Assembly: GCA_900551245.1 (NCBI GenBank)
Contig: URVC01000001.1
Location: 13,990-77,989 of the forward strand
DNA from: an uncultured bacterium
GTDB taxonomy: Bacteria; Verrucomicrobiota; Lentisphaeria; Victivallales; Victivallaceae
Reading direction: 5' to 3'
Length of the DNA: 64,000 nucleotides
The notes below the pieces were generated by a model. The model was not told the DNA's origin. It was given only the letters and a program-made list of their open reading frames with translations, and made no database searches. Below are positions 17,724-27,168 of the stretch, piece after piece. Both the position numbers and the translations under genes were made by a program. The stretch's first letter is position 1. Each line of letters opens with the position of its first letter.

Positions 17724-18962
17724 CTACGGCTGTACGGCCGGAGCCTGCGGAACCGACGCCCCCGGCTGGGGCGAGAGCGCCTGCGCCTTCTCTTTTGCCC
17801 CATTCAGCGCCGGCAGAAGGATGCCGGAGAGAATTGCCATCGTCGATATGCTCGAAGAAGAGATGTTCCAGTTGGAACGCGTGGTCGAGGCGAATCCATC
17901 CTTTTCCCGGGTGGTGACGGAGCAGAAGACCGGCGGTGGAACCTTCTGAAGAAATCCGGCGATCATCGGCTCCTCCACCTGCATGACCAGCAGGTTCCAG
18001 ATCGGCTGGTCGATGTTCACATAAAAGAATCCGAGCCCCCGGGCGGGAATTCCTGCCAGATAGCCGCGGAAGGTCGGCGACTGCATCAATCCGCCCTTGA
18101 GCATCGACTCCAGCCGGGCGTCACTGTAGAAAGTGAGTGTACCGTTGGCCGTCACCAGTTCCGGGATCACCGGCAGCGGCAGACCGACGACCGAGTAACG
18201 GCCGGCGCTCTTTTGCGTCAGCTGGAGACCGCCCTTCTCCTGCAGCAGCTTGAAGAGCACGCTGTCCCGGTCCGGCATCGACAGCCGGAGCATGGGCAGA
18301 GGCGACACGGAGGGGTCCGCGGAGACCACCACCAGCGACCAGGTGCCGGAAAGCGTCTTCAGCAGCGCGGAAAGTTCAACTCCGGCCGCAGTACGGCACG
18401 CCGCTTCCAGCTGGGCCGGAATCGCTTTGATTTCCGGCGACAGCTCGGCAGATGCCGCAAACTCCTTGACCAGCGAATTCCAGGCAGCGGAGAAATCAAA
18501 CCGGTACTCGAATGCCAGCCGGGTCGATTCCGGCAGCTGAGCCGGCAGCTGCATCGCCCAGTTCTCTCTGCCGGAGAGATCGAACAATACACCCGGCAGA
18601 GAACTGTTCCCGGTGTACAGATAGGAGCGGTAGGCGGTCAATCCGTCCGGAAGCTGTTTCGTGCTGGATCCCATCGCCTGAATTGCATCCAGATGCAGTA
18701 TGCGAACTGCGGCGAGGATTCCCTGAAGCAGTTGGCGCATTTCCGGCTTGACATCGGCGGAAGAACCGCACAGGTCGCCGAGCAGCTCCTGCACCTTCGC
18801 CAGCTCCTCCCGGCAACTGCCGTAATAGAGAGAGGAACCGCCCTTGTCAAGGTGAGCCATCGTGGCGTTGAAGGCAACGGAATCATCCACCGCTGCGGGA
18901 GCGGCAAACGCGGTCGAGCAGGCCAGACAGCCCGCGGCGCAGGAAATCAAAAATCTTCTCAT
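17724..18962 (-). CDS. secreted hypothetical protein with C-terminal prepilin-like hydrophobic segment
   Basis: The start MRRFLISCAAGCLACSTAFA is a signal peptide with an AGGAGG RBS 6 nt upstream. The C-terminal tail 'STMAILSGILLPALNGAKEKAQA' resembles the N-terminal helix of PVC prepilin-like proteins. The + strand shadow ORF at 17586..19253 is Arg-rich and was rejected. Confidence 0.55.
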   Translation of the reverse strand: MRRFLISCAAGCLACSTAFAAPAAVDDSVAFNATMAHLDKGGSSLYYGSCREELAKVQELLGDLCGSSADVKPEMRQLLQGILAAVRILHLDAIQAMGSSTKQLPDGLTAYRSYLYTGNSSLPGVLFDLSGRENWAMQLPAQLPESTRLAFEYRFDFSAAWNSLVKEFAASAELSPEIKAIPAQLEAACRTAAGVELSALLKTLSGTWSLVVVSADPSVSPLPMLRLSMPDRDSVLFKLLQEKGGLQLTQKSAGRYSVVGLPLPVIPELVTANGTLTFYSDARLESMLKGGLMQSPTFRGYLAGIPARGLGFFYVNIDQPIWNLLVMQVEEPMIAGFLQKVPPPVFCSVTTREKDGFASTTRSNWNISSSSISTMAILSGILLPALNGAKEKAQALSPQPGASVPQAPAVQP

Positions 18963-19051
18963 CACATCCTCCTGTCGTTTGAAGAATCTCCGGGGACCCT
19001 GCCCGTACAATATCAGCATTTTGCAGGTTTGCAAACAACCGAGGATAAAAT

Positions 19052-19525
19052 TTATCGAAGTTTTACCCGCATCGGAGTGAAGCGGACTCCGGATTCCACC
19101 CGCTCCGGGCCGTCGGCGGAGAACCCGAGATGGCGGTACGCCTCCACCGCGCGCGGCGCGGCAAACACCGTCAGCTCCGTCAGGTCAGGCTGCGCTTTTC
19201 CGCACAGTGTCACCGCGCGGGTCAGGAGCCGGCGGCCGATGCCGCCGCACTGAAACTCCGGCTCGACAAAGAACATCGAAATGTGGGAAAAATCCCGCAG
19301 TTCCAGCACGCCGATCACCTCGTGCTCCCATTCGGCAACGATGGTGGAACAGCCGTCACTCTGCCGGGCGGCGATCGCCTCCGGCAGAATGTAGGCGAGA
19401 AAGGCCTGACACCCATCCGGCTCGTAGCAGGGCCGGATGGAATCCTCGAAACAGGCCAGCGCCACCCGGCAGATGCCGGGCGCATCCCCCGGCCGGTAAA
19501 TTCGAAGACGCGGTTCGCCCGCCAT
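19052..19525 (-). CDS. GNAT family N-acetyltransferase
   Basis: 'VIGVLELRDFSHISMFFVEPEFQCGGIGRRLL' is GNAT motif A. Confidence 0.8.
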   Translation of the reverse strand: MAGEPRLRIYRPGDAPGICRVALACFEDSIRPCYEPDGCQAFLAYILPEAIAARQSDGCSTIVAEWEHEVIGVLELRDFSHISMFFVEPEFQCGGIGRRLLTRAVTLCGKAQPDLTELTVFAAPRAVEAYRHLGFSADGPERVESGVRFTPMRVKLR

Positions 19526-19528
19526 GGG

Positions 19529-21730
19529 TCAACGCTCCTCCTCTTCGGCATCATTCTCCTCCCGGTCATCGGCAAATGCGCGATGAGGATGCTCTTCCGG
19601 CGCGGTAAACACCTTCAACGCCTCGCCGGTGGCACTGCGCCGGTCGCGTTCCGCCAGCTCCTTGATGTACCGGTAGCTGTTGGCCTGGCTGCGGGCACTG
19701 GTGTACGCCGGCACGGTGGGCCGGGTGTAAATCCCGGAGCCGAGCAGACGGCGCTGTTTGTCGGTGTCCGCCAGCTGGAAACGCAGGAGCGTCATGAGCT
19801 CGGCCCGGATTTTCTCGTCCTCGACCGGGAAGAGCAGCTCCACCCGGCGGTCAAGGTTGCGGAACATCCAGTCCGCGCTGGAGAGGTAATACTCCTCGTC
19901 TCCGTTGTTGAAGAAGTAGAAGAGCCGGCTGTGTTCCAGATAACGGTCGACGATGCTGATGATCCGCAGATTCTCCTGCCCCGGCCGCGGCTTGTAACAG
20001 CAGATGCCGCGCACGATGAGATCAATTTCCACCCCCGCATCCGCCGCCTTGTGCAGCAGGCGGATCATCTTTTCGTCGGAGAGGCTGTTCATCTTGGCGA
20101 TGATCCGCCCCGGCCGGTCGGGCGTGGAGTTGCTGATCTCGCGTTCGATCATCCACATGACCCGCCGCCGCAGATCGAACGGCGAAGCGGCGATCTTGCG
20201 CCACTCGGTCGGCGGCGAAGAGTATCCGGTCAGCACGTTGAAGAGGTTCGCCACATCGAAGCAGAGGTCCGGATCGGAACTCATGATCCCGAGGTCGGTG
20301 TAGAGCGCGGCGGTCTTGTCGTTGTAGTTTCCGGTCGACAGGTGGACATAACGCCGGATGGCCCCCTCCTCGCGGCGCACCACCAGCAGCGCCTTGCTGT
20401 GCACTTTCAGCCCGGCCACGCCGTAGACGACATGCGCGCCGGACTCCTCCAGAAGTCGCGCCCAGGCGATGTTGTTCCCCTCGTCGAAACGGGCTTTGAG
20501 CTCCACCACCACCGTCACCTGCTTGCCGTTTTCCGCCGCCCGTTGAAGCGAACGCACGACCGGCGAGTTGCCGCTGACCCGGTAGAGGGTCTGCTTGATC
20601 GCCAGCACATCCGGGTCGTCCGCCGCCTCCTGCAGCAGCCGGAGAATCGGCGTAAAGGAGTGAAACGGCGGCGCAACGAGAATCGTTCCGCGGGCCGAAA
20701 TCGCCTCGAAGACGGACTTGTGTTCCACAAAGGGAGCCGGCATGATCGCCGGCCACGCCGGTTCGAGCAGTTCCGGCAGCCGGGCACGCCCGACCAGTTC
20801 GAAAAACTGTTTGAGGTGCAGCGGAGCACGGCTCGCATAGCGGAATTGATCGTCGAGCCGGAACTGTTCGTCCAGCCAGTCCGCCAGCGCGCCCCGCGTG
20901 TTGACCGGCACCTCCAGACGGATCGGTTCGCGATGGCGGCGCTGGAGCAGTTTCTTCTCGATGCTCTGCAGCAGATCCTCCGCCCCCTCGTCCTCGACCG
21001 AGAAATCCATATCCCGGGTGATGCGGAAGGGGAAGAACTCCTCCAGTTCGCACCCGGAAAAGAGCAGGCCGAGATTGTCCATAATCAGCTCTTCCAGCAG
21101 TACGAACGTGCGTCCGGGCTGATTGTCGGGCACTTCGACAAAACGCGGCAGCCGTTCCGGCACCTCGACGAAGGCGTACACCAGCTTGCTCCGGTCCGCC
21201 GGACGCATGCTCACGGCGATTTCGATCGCACCGGAGTTCAGAATCGGGAACGGGTGCGCCTGATCCACCGCCAGCGGCGTCAGCACCGGCAGCACCTGCA
21301 GCCGGAAATACCCGGAGAGTTCCGCGCGGACCGTGGCGGAGAGTTCCGCCGGTTTGCGCAACCGGACGCCGTACGTCTCCAGCGCCGGAAGAATGTCGTC
21401 GCAGAGCGCCCGGCTCTGCCGTTTCAACAGCCGATCCAGTTTTCTCCGGGCGGCGGCAAGCTGTTCGGAGGGGCGGTTTCCGGCCGGGTCCGGCAGATCC
21501 TGATCCATCTTGACCAGCTGGCGGAGCCCGGCGATGCGCACCATGAAGAACTCATCGAGATTGCTGCTGAAGATGGCGATGAACTTCAGCCGTTCCAGCA
21601 GCGGATTGGCCGGGGAGAGCGCTTCATCCAATACCCGGGAGTTGAAATCGATCCAGCTCAATTCCCGGCTGATGAAGAGCTCCTGGTCCGGAGTCTTCTT
21701 CCCGGGTTTCGTCACTTTTTCCTTTTTCAT
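19529..21730 (-). CDS. ppk: polyphosphate kinase 1
   Basis: 'FISRELSWIDFNSRVLDEA', 'FMVRIAGL' and 'ARFDEGNNIAWARLLEESGAHVVYG' mark PPK1 N/H/C domains. The start is set at MKKEKV, which overlaps the ppx stop (ATGA). Confidence 0.9.
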   Translation of the reverse strand: MKKEKVTKPGKKTPDQELFISRELSWIDFNSRVLDEALSPANPLLERLKFIAIFSSNLDEFFMVRIAGLRQLVKMDQDLPDPAGNRPSEQLAAARRKLDRLLKRQSRALCDDILPALETYGVRLRKPAELSATVRAELSGYFRLQVLPVLTPLAVDQAHPFPILNSGAIEIAVSMRPADRSKLVYAFVEVPERLPRFVEVPDNQPGRTFVLLEELIMDNLGLLFSGCELEEFFPFRITRDMDFSVEDEGAEDLLQSIEKKLLQRRHREPIRLEVPVNTRGALADWLDEQFRLDDQFRYASRAPLHLKQFFELVGRARLPELLEPAWPAIMPAPFVEHKSVFEAISARGTILVAPPFHSFTPILRLLQEAADDPDVLAIKQTLYRVSGNSPVVRSLQRAAENGKQVTVVVELKARFDEGNNIAWARLLEESGAHVVYGVAGLKVHSKALLVVRREEGAIRRYVHLSTGNYNDKTAALYTDLGIMSSDPDLCFDVANLFNVLTGYSSPPTEWRKIAASPFDLRRRVMWMIEREISNSTPDRPGRIIAKMNSLSDEKMIRLLHKAADAGVEIDLIVRGICCYKPRPGQENLRIISIVDRYLEHSRLFYFFNNGDEEYYLSSADWMFRNLDRRVELLFPVEDEKIRAELMTLLRFQLADTDKQRRLLGSGIYTRPTVPAYTSARSQANSYRYIKELAERDRRSATGEALKVFTAPEEHPHRAFADDREENDAEEEER

Positions 21731-23304
21731 ATCGACAGCGGAGCCTCTTCTATTTTCAGATCCAAACCGAACACCTGATTGAACAACCCGCCCTTCCACT
21801 CGAGCGAAAGCCGTTCGGAACGGAAGTCGCCCGACTCCGGCACCACCACCGTCATCGTGTGTCCGCGGAGGACCAGTTTCATCTTGTCGAACCGTTTCCG
21901 GCGGGAGCAGTCGAGCGCATCCGCCACGCGGAGAATCGCCGCCAGCTTCAGCGTGGTCACCTTGTCTTCCGCGGAAAGAGCGGTGTATTCCGGGTGGGAC
22001 TCGCGGGGCAGCGCCTTGCGGTGGTAGCGGCAGATGGTCGCCACCACCCGCTGCTCGGCCGTGGAGATTCCGGGCAGCTGCATGTTGGAAACCAGATAAT
22101 AGGTGTGCTTGTGATGCTGTCGCGTATCGACGAACCGCCCGATGTCGTGAAGCCGGGCCGCCGCTTCCAGCAGCAGCGGGGCATTGGGGACGAAATCGAA
22201 AGTGCGTTTGAGTTTTTCCAGAAATTTGAGGCAGAGCGCGGCCACCTGCGAAGCGTGGACCGGATCGAAGCCGTATTTCCGGCCGATCGCATCGCAGACG
22301 CCGAGCAGATCGTTGTAGAAGGGGTCCGGAGCATTCGCCTCCACACTGCGCCGCACCAGATCGCTGATGAGCGCGGTCCGGGTCGTGGTCCCCAGGCAGA
22401 GGAAGCGTTCGAAGTGGAACTCATCGAGAAAATAACTGATGATTCCGGCGCACGCCCTGACGCTGGAGGCAACCTCCTCCGGCAACTTGAACTCAGCTGA
22501 GAGCGTATCCGGCGTCGTTTCGATCAGTCGCCGGGTGGCCGGCGCCACCGCATCGGGATCGATCGAAACGCACTCGTTTTCATCAAACTCCTCGACGGCG
22601 CCGCGGATAATTCCGGCGAGCACCCGGACCGACGCGCCGAGCGCGATCAGCGCCACCGGCTCCTCCGCCTGCCGCCCGACACATTCGGCAAGTCTCTGGC
22701 CGATATCCTGCGAACGGAGCGTCTCGATCACCTGTTCAATGGAGACGGCCGAACGGCCGAAGGCGTCGAACAGCCGGGTTGTCCCCAGCGGAATCTCCTC
22801 GCAGAAACGCATCAGCCCGTGGGCAAAGTAGAAGATCTGCAGCGAACCGGTGCCGACCATGAGTCCGATTCCGGAAAGGGTTCCGAAATCGAACCGGCGG
22901 CGGAGCGCTTCGCGCATCGCGAGATAGGTGATGCGGATCTCCTCCGGCGTCTCCAGAATTTCCAGCTCCAGTCCGGCGTCGTTGCGGATGCGGTTGATGA
23001 CCAGGTCGCGGTTGAACGCTTCGCGGATGGCGCTGGTGGCGACCACCCGGCAGAAGGTGATCCGGTACTCGGCGAGCTTGTTGGAGAAATCACAGAGCAT
23101 GGAGGTCAGCCGGGAGAGTGTTTCCGGTGAAACCTGCCCGTGGCGGAAGACGTCGAATCCGAGATTGACGGTCCGGGAAAGGCTTTCGAGCAGGACGATG
23201 CCGTTCTTTTTCGAGATTTCAAAAATATCGAGGCGGACGGAATGCGCCCCGACGTCAATGATGCCCGCCTGAAACGGCATCCCCAAGCGTTTGATTTTTT
23301 TCAT
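21727..23304 (-). CDS. ppx: exopolyphosphatase / Ppx-GppA phosphatase with C-terminal HD domain
   Basis: An N-terminal ASKHA fold ('AGIIDVGAHSVRLDIFE'). The C-terminus has 'HDIGRFVDTRQHHKH', an HD motif. Confidence 0.85.
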   Translation of the reverse strand: MKKIKRLGMPFQAGIIDVGAHSVRLDIFEISKKNGIVLLESLSRTVNLGFDVFRHGQVSPETLSRLTSMLCDFSNKLAEYRITFCRVVATSAIREAFNRDLVINRIRNDAGLELEILETPEEIRITYLAMREALRRRFDFGTLSGIGLMVGTGSLQIFYFAHGLMRFCEEIPLGTTRLFDAFGRSAVSIEQVIETLRSQDIGQRLAECVGRQAEEPVALIALGASVRVLAGIIRGAVEEFDENECVSIDPDAVAPATRRLIETTPDTLSAEFKLPEEVASSVRACAGIISYFLDEFHFERFLCLGTTTRTALISDLVRRSVEANAPDPFYNDLLGVCDAIGRKYGFDPVHASQVAALCLKFLEKLKRTFDFVPNAPLLLEAAARLHDIGRFVDTRQHHKHTYYLVSNMQLPGISTAEQRVVATICRYHRKALPRESHPEYTALSAEDKVTTLKLAAILRVADALDCSRRKRFDKMKLVLRGHTMTVVVPESGDFRSERLSLEWKGGLFNQVFGLDLKIEEAPLSI

Positions 23305-23337
23305 AGACTCCTCTGCTCAGCCCCCGGCGACAACGCG

Positions 23338-23907
23338 TCAGAACCAGGATTGCGTACTCGGATTATAGTAGATATAGTTGAGATTTGCGAACTTGACAAC
23401 GCCCCGCGCCGTGGCCGGATCGATGCCGACCCGCAACGTGATCCAATCCGCATCCTCCTCCCCCGCCTCGGGGATGAAGGAGCCGAAATAGACGCCGTCG
23501 ATCACCAGTGCAACCGGTTCATCGTGATAGCGGCCGCACAGCACCTGCCACTGAAGTTTGCCGAGACGGTCGATGCGGAACTGCAGATCGCAGATGTCGG
23601 GATTGCCGGGGCGGGAGATCATCTTCGCCTCACGGATGTTCTTGCTGCTGAAATTCTGGTTGGTATTGATCCAGACGGTGCGGCCGTCCAGCGCCTGGAT
23701 CTCCTTCTCCAGCTCGCTGGCGCGCGGATATTTGACGATCGAGAAGATTCCGACGATGTAGCGGGGCTGATAGTTTTCGCTGTTCGGGTCCTCCGAGCGG
23801 GAGCTTTCGCCGGACATCGCCTCGCGAAACGCCTCGCGGAAGGTATCGCATCCGGTCAGAGCCGCAGTCAGTATCACAGCACAGATAAAACGGAACAGGT
23901 GATGCAT
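23338..23907 (-). CDS. hypothetical lipoprotein
   Basis: The signal peptide ends in the lipobox 'LTGC'. No recognisable domain is present. Confidence 0.55.
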   Translation of the reverse strand: MHHLFRFICAVILTAALTGCDTFREAFREAMSGESSRSEDPNSENYQPRYIVGIFSIVKYPRASELEKEIQALDGRTVWINTNQNFSSKNIREAKMISRPGNPDICDLQFRIDRLGKLQWQVLCGRYHDEPVALVIDGVYFGSFIPEAGEEDADWITLRVGIDPATARGVVKFANLNYIYYNPSTQSWF

Positions 23908-24033
23908 TCTTCTTTCCTCATGCTTGTGGAGCTAATATAGCGCCTGATTTTTTCGTTTTCCATTGGCAAGAATGGACTATTCATGTATATTAACACTATC
24001 TTAACCAAAATCCAGCACGGAACGATAAAAATT

Positions 24034-24876
24034 ATGATAAAATACATGGTAATCGGCGATCCCATCTCCCACAGCCGCTCCCCCGGGATGCAGAATGCCG
24101 CCTTCGAAGCATGCGGTCTGGGCTCCCCTTACGGGCGGCGGCACGTCACGCCGGAAGAGCTGCCGGAGTTCGTAAAGTTCGCCCGGAAAGAGCTTGCCGG
24201 CGTCAACCTCACCGTGCCGCACAAGGCGGCGGTGATTCCATTGATCGACCGGGTTGACCCGGAAGCCGCCGCGGCCGGGAGCGTCAACACTCTCGTGATC
24301 GAAAACGGAAAAATTTTCGGCACCAGCACCGACGGCTACGGGCTCGAACACGCCCTGCTGGCGAATTTCCACCGGCCGGTCCGCGGCGCGGCCTTCTGCT
24401 TCATCGGCGCCGGCGGCGCGGCACATGCGACGGCGTTTCATCTTGCCGGATGCGGTGCGCGGGCAATCCGGCTGGCCAACCGGACGATCGGGAAAGCGGA
24501 GGAGCTGGCCGACCGGCTCCGCCAGCGCAATCCGGAACTGCTCGTGGAAACCGCCGGAATCGGCGACACCGAACAGCTTGCGCGCTGGTTTGCCGACACC
24601 GATTTTCTGATTCAGGCGACCAGTCTCGGCCTGCGGCCGGATGACCCCGCCCCCTTCCCGCTCGAACTGCTCCACTCCGGACAGACCCTCTCGATCTTCG
24701 ACACCATCTACCGGGAGACGCCGCTGCTGAAACGGGCCGGCGAACTCTCCCTGCCCTGCGCCGGCGGGATGGATATGCTGATCTATCAGGGGGCGAAATC
24801 CTTTGAAATCTGGACCGGGCGGCCTGCGCCGATCGAGGCGATGCGCCGCGGTTTTCTGGAGGCTCAGCCATGCTGA
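24034..24876 (+). CDS. aroE: shikimate 5-dehydrogenase
   Basis: 'VIGDPISHSRSPGMQNAAF' is the AroE signature. The NAD(P) site is 'FIGAGGAAHA'. Confidence 0.85.
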   Translation: MIKYMVIGDPISHSRSPGMQNAAFEACGLGSPYGRRHVTPEELPEFVKFARKELAGVNLTVPHKAAVIPLIDRVDPEAAAAGSVNTLVIENGKIFGTSTDGYGLEHALLANFHRPVRGAAFCFIGAGGAAHATAFHLAGCGARAIRLANRTIGKAEELADRLRQRNPELLVETAGIGDTEQLARWFADTDFLIQATSLGLRPDDPAPFPLELLHSGQTLSIFDTIYRETPLLKRAGELSLPCAGGMDMLIYQGAKSFEIWTGRPAPIEAMRRGFLEAQPC

Positions 24877-25751
24877 TCCTTACCGAGGGGAGTTTTCCGT
24901 GGTGGACCAGGCTGGGGCTGGAGTATCCGGAGCTTCTGACCATCGCGCTGGTGGCGGTCTTCGCGGTCGGGAGCTGTTTCGGCAGTTTTCTGAACGTCTG
25001 CATCTGGCGGCTCCCGCTCGGGGAATCCATCGTTTCGGTGCCCTCGCACTGCACGAAATGCGGCTATGAAATCCGCTGGTATGACAACATTCCGATTTTC
25101 AGCTATCTCGTTCTCCGAGGGCGCTGCCGCAACTGCCGCGAACCCTATTCGCCCCGTTATCTGATCGTCGAGGCGCTGACCGGGGCTCTCTTCGTGGCGG
25201 TCTTTCTCAAGGTCGGCCTCACCAGCCAGCCGCCGGCGATGCTGGCGCTCTACTGGGTCATGGTGATGCTCTGCGTCACCACCAGCTGGATCGACGTCGA
25301 ACACCGGCTGATTCCGGATGCGACCACCCTGCCCGCCCTGCTGTTCGGTCTGGCGGTCGGCACGGCATTTCCGTCGACGCAGGGGTGCGACACCTATCCG
25401 GCCGCCCTGCTCCGGGCGGCGGCCGGTGCGGCAATTCCGGGCATCTTGCTGACGATTTTCACGATCGCCGGCCGCCTGGCCGCCCGTCGCGAAGTGCTGG
25501 GCTGGGGTGACGTCAAATTCGCCGCGGCGGCAGGCGCTCTGCTCGGTGCGGCAGGCGCGTTGTTCTGTGTGGCAACAGGCGCCCTGGCCGGAACGGTGTA
25601 CGGCATTGCGCTTGCGCTCACCAGAAAACGGTCGATGAAACATCTGGCGATTCCCTTCGGCCCGTTTCTGGCGGGAGGGGCGCTGGTCTGGATCTTTTTC
25701 GGGGAAAAAATCCTTCGCTGGTATTTGTCGCTTCTGCGGCTTGCACAATAG
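24870..25751 (+). CDS. pilD: type IV prepilin leader peptidase (A24 family)
   Basis: The Cys cluster 'CTKCGYEIRWYDNIPIFSYLVLRGRCRNC'. The catalytic region is 'GWGDVKFAAAAGALLG'. It overlaps the aroE stop by 7 nt. Confidence 0.85.
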   Translation: MLILTEGSFPWWTRLGLEYPELLTIALVAVFAVGSCFGSFLNVCIWRLPLGESIVSVPSHCTKCGYEIRWYDNIPIFSYLVLRGRCRNCREPYSPRYLIVEALTGALFVAVFLKVGLTSQPPAMLALYWVMVMLCVTTSWIDVEHRLIPDATTLPALLFGLAVGTAFPSTQGCDTYPAALLRAAAGAAIPGILLTIFTIAGRLAARREVLGWGDVKFAAAAGALLGAAGALFCVATGALAGTVYGIALALTRKRSMKHLAIPFGPFLAGGALVWIFFGEKILRWYLSLLRLAQ

Positions 25752-25826
25752 AATCGCGGTGTTATATTAAAATTTCAAGATCTGCGACACAATTTGACAT
25801 TGAACGCATAAAATCAGGAGAAAAAA

Positions 25827-27074
25827 ATGGCTTCCATGTTCGATGCGGCAAAAAAGGTGTACGGCAATCTCGGCGTCGATGTCGAGGCGGCATTCCGGCG
25901 GCTGGATGAGATCGCCGTGAGCATTCACTGCTGGCAGGGCGACGACGTCGCCGGATTCGAAAACGACTGCGGTCTCGACGGCGGCATCGCGGTGACCGGC
26001 AACTATCCCGGCCGCGCCCGCAACGCCGATGAACTGCGCGCCGACATCGACAAGATGCTCAGCCTGGTTCCCGGCCGCAAGCGGCTCAATGTCCACGCCA
26101 TCTACGCCGAAACCAACGGCAAGAAAGTCGGCCGCGACCAGATTGCGCCGGAGCACTTCTCCCGCTGGATCGACTGGGCGAAGACCCGCAAGGTCGCGCT
26201 GGACTTCAACCCCTCCTTCTTCTCGCACCCGATGGCGTCGAGCGGCTTCACGCTGAGCAGTCCGGACAAAGCGGTCCGCCGCTTCTGGATCGATCACGGC
26301 ATCGCCTGCCGCAAGATCGCCGAAGCCTTCGGCCGTGAACTCGGCAGCTGCTGCATCACCAACTTCTGGGTGCCGGACGGGTTCAAGGACATCCCCTTCG
26401 ACCGGCTTGCCCCGCGGGAGCGGCTCCGCGACTCGCTCGATGAAATCTTCGCGGTCAAGATCGATCAGAACTGCAACCGCGATGCGGTCGAGAGCAAACT
26501 CTTCGGCATCGGTGCGGAAAGCTGCACGGTCGGCTCGCATGAGTTCTACATGGGGTACGCTCTGCGCAACAACAAGCTTCTCTGCCTCGACGCGGGCCAT
26601 TTCCACCCGACCGAAGTGATCTCCGACAAGCTCACCAGCTGTCTGCTCTTCCTGGATGAAGTGCTCCTGCACGTGAGCCGCGGCGTCCGGTGGGACAGCG
26701 ACCATGTGATCATCATGAACGAGGAGCTGCGGGCCATCGCCGAAGAGGTGATCCGCCATCACTACGACAAGCGCGTTCACATCGGGCTGGACTACTTCGA
26801 CGCCTCGATCAACCGGATCATGGCGTGGACCATCGGCGCGCGCAATATGTCCAAGGCGTTGCTGATGGCGCTGGTCGAACCGGCGAGCCTGATCGACGAG
26901 GCGGAAAAACGCGGCGACTTCTCCAGCCGTCTTGCGCTCTTCGAAGAGTGCAAGACCCTGCCCTTCGGCGCCATCTGGGACGAATACTGCAACCGTTGCG
27001 GCGTTCCGGTCGGCACCGCCTGGATCGACGTGGTCAAGTCCTACGAAAAGAACGTGCTTTCCAAGCGCAAGTAA
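25827..27074 (+). CDS. rhaA: L-rhamnose isomerase
   Basis: '[32 protein letters not shown]' closely matches enterobacterial RhaA. An AGGAGA RBS lies upstream. Confidence 0.9.
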   Translation: MASMFDAAKKVYGNLGVDVEAAFRRLDEIAVSIHCWQGDDVAGFENDCGLDGGIAVTGNYPGRARNADELRADIDKMLSLVPGRKRLNVHAIYAETNGKKVGRDQIAPEHFSRWIDWAKTRKVALDFNPSFFSHPMASSGFTLSSPDKAVRRFWIDHGIACRKIAEAFGRELGSCCITNFWVPDGFKDIPFDRLAPRERLRDSLDEIFAVKIDQNCNRDAVESKLFGIGAESCTVGSHEFYMGYALRNNKLLCLDAGHFHPTEVISDKLTSCLLFLDEVLLHVSRGVRWDSDHVIIMNEELRAIAEEVIRHHYDKRVHIGLDYFDASINRIMAWTIGARNMSKALLMALVEPASLIDEAEKRGDFSSRLALFEECKTLPFGAIWDEYCNRCGVPVGTAWIDVVKSYEKNVLSKRK

Positions 27075-27168
27075 TCGATCGAGCTGTCTCTTTCCGGATG
27101 CGGCGCAGTATGGGGACCGCGTCCGGAAAGATTTTGTATCAAACCTTACAGAGACAGGAATATTCAAC

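Noticed and set aside
23874-24065. 63-aa hydrophobic small ORF in the AT-rich intergenic region
   Set aside because: It overlaps both flanking gene starts in an AT-rich promoter region, and its hydrophobic translation is a composition artefact. There is no RBS and no conservation signal.
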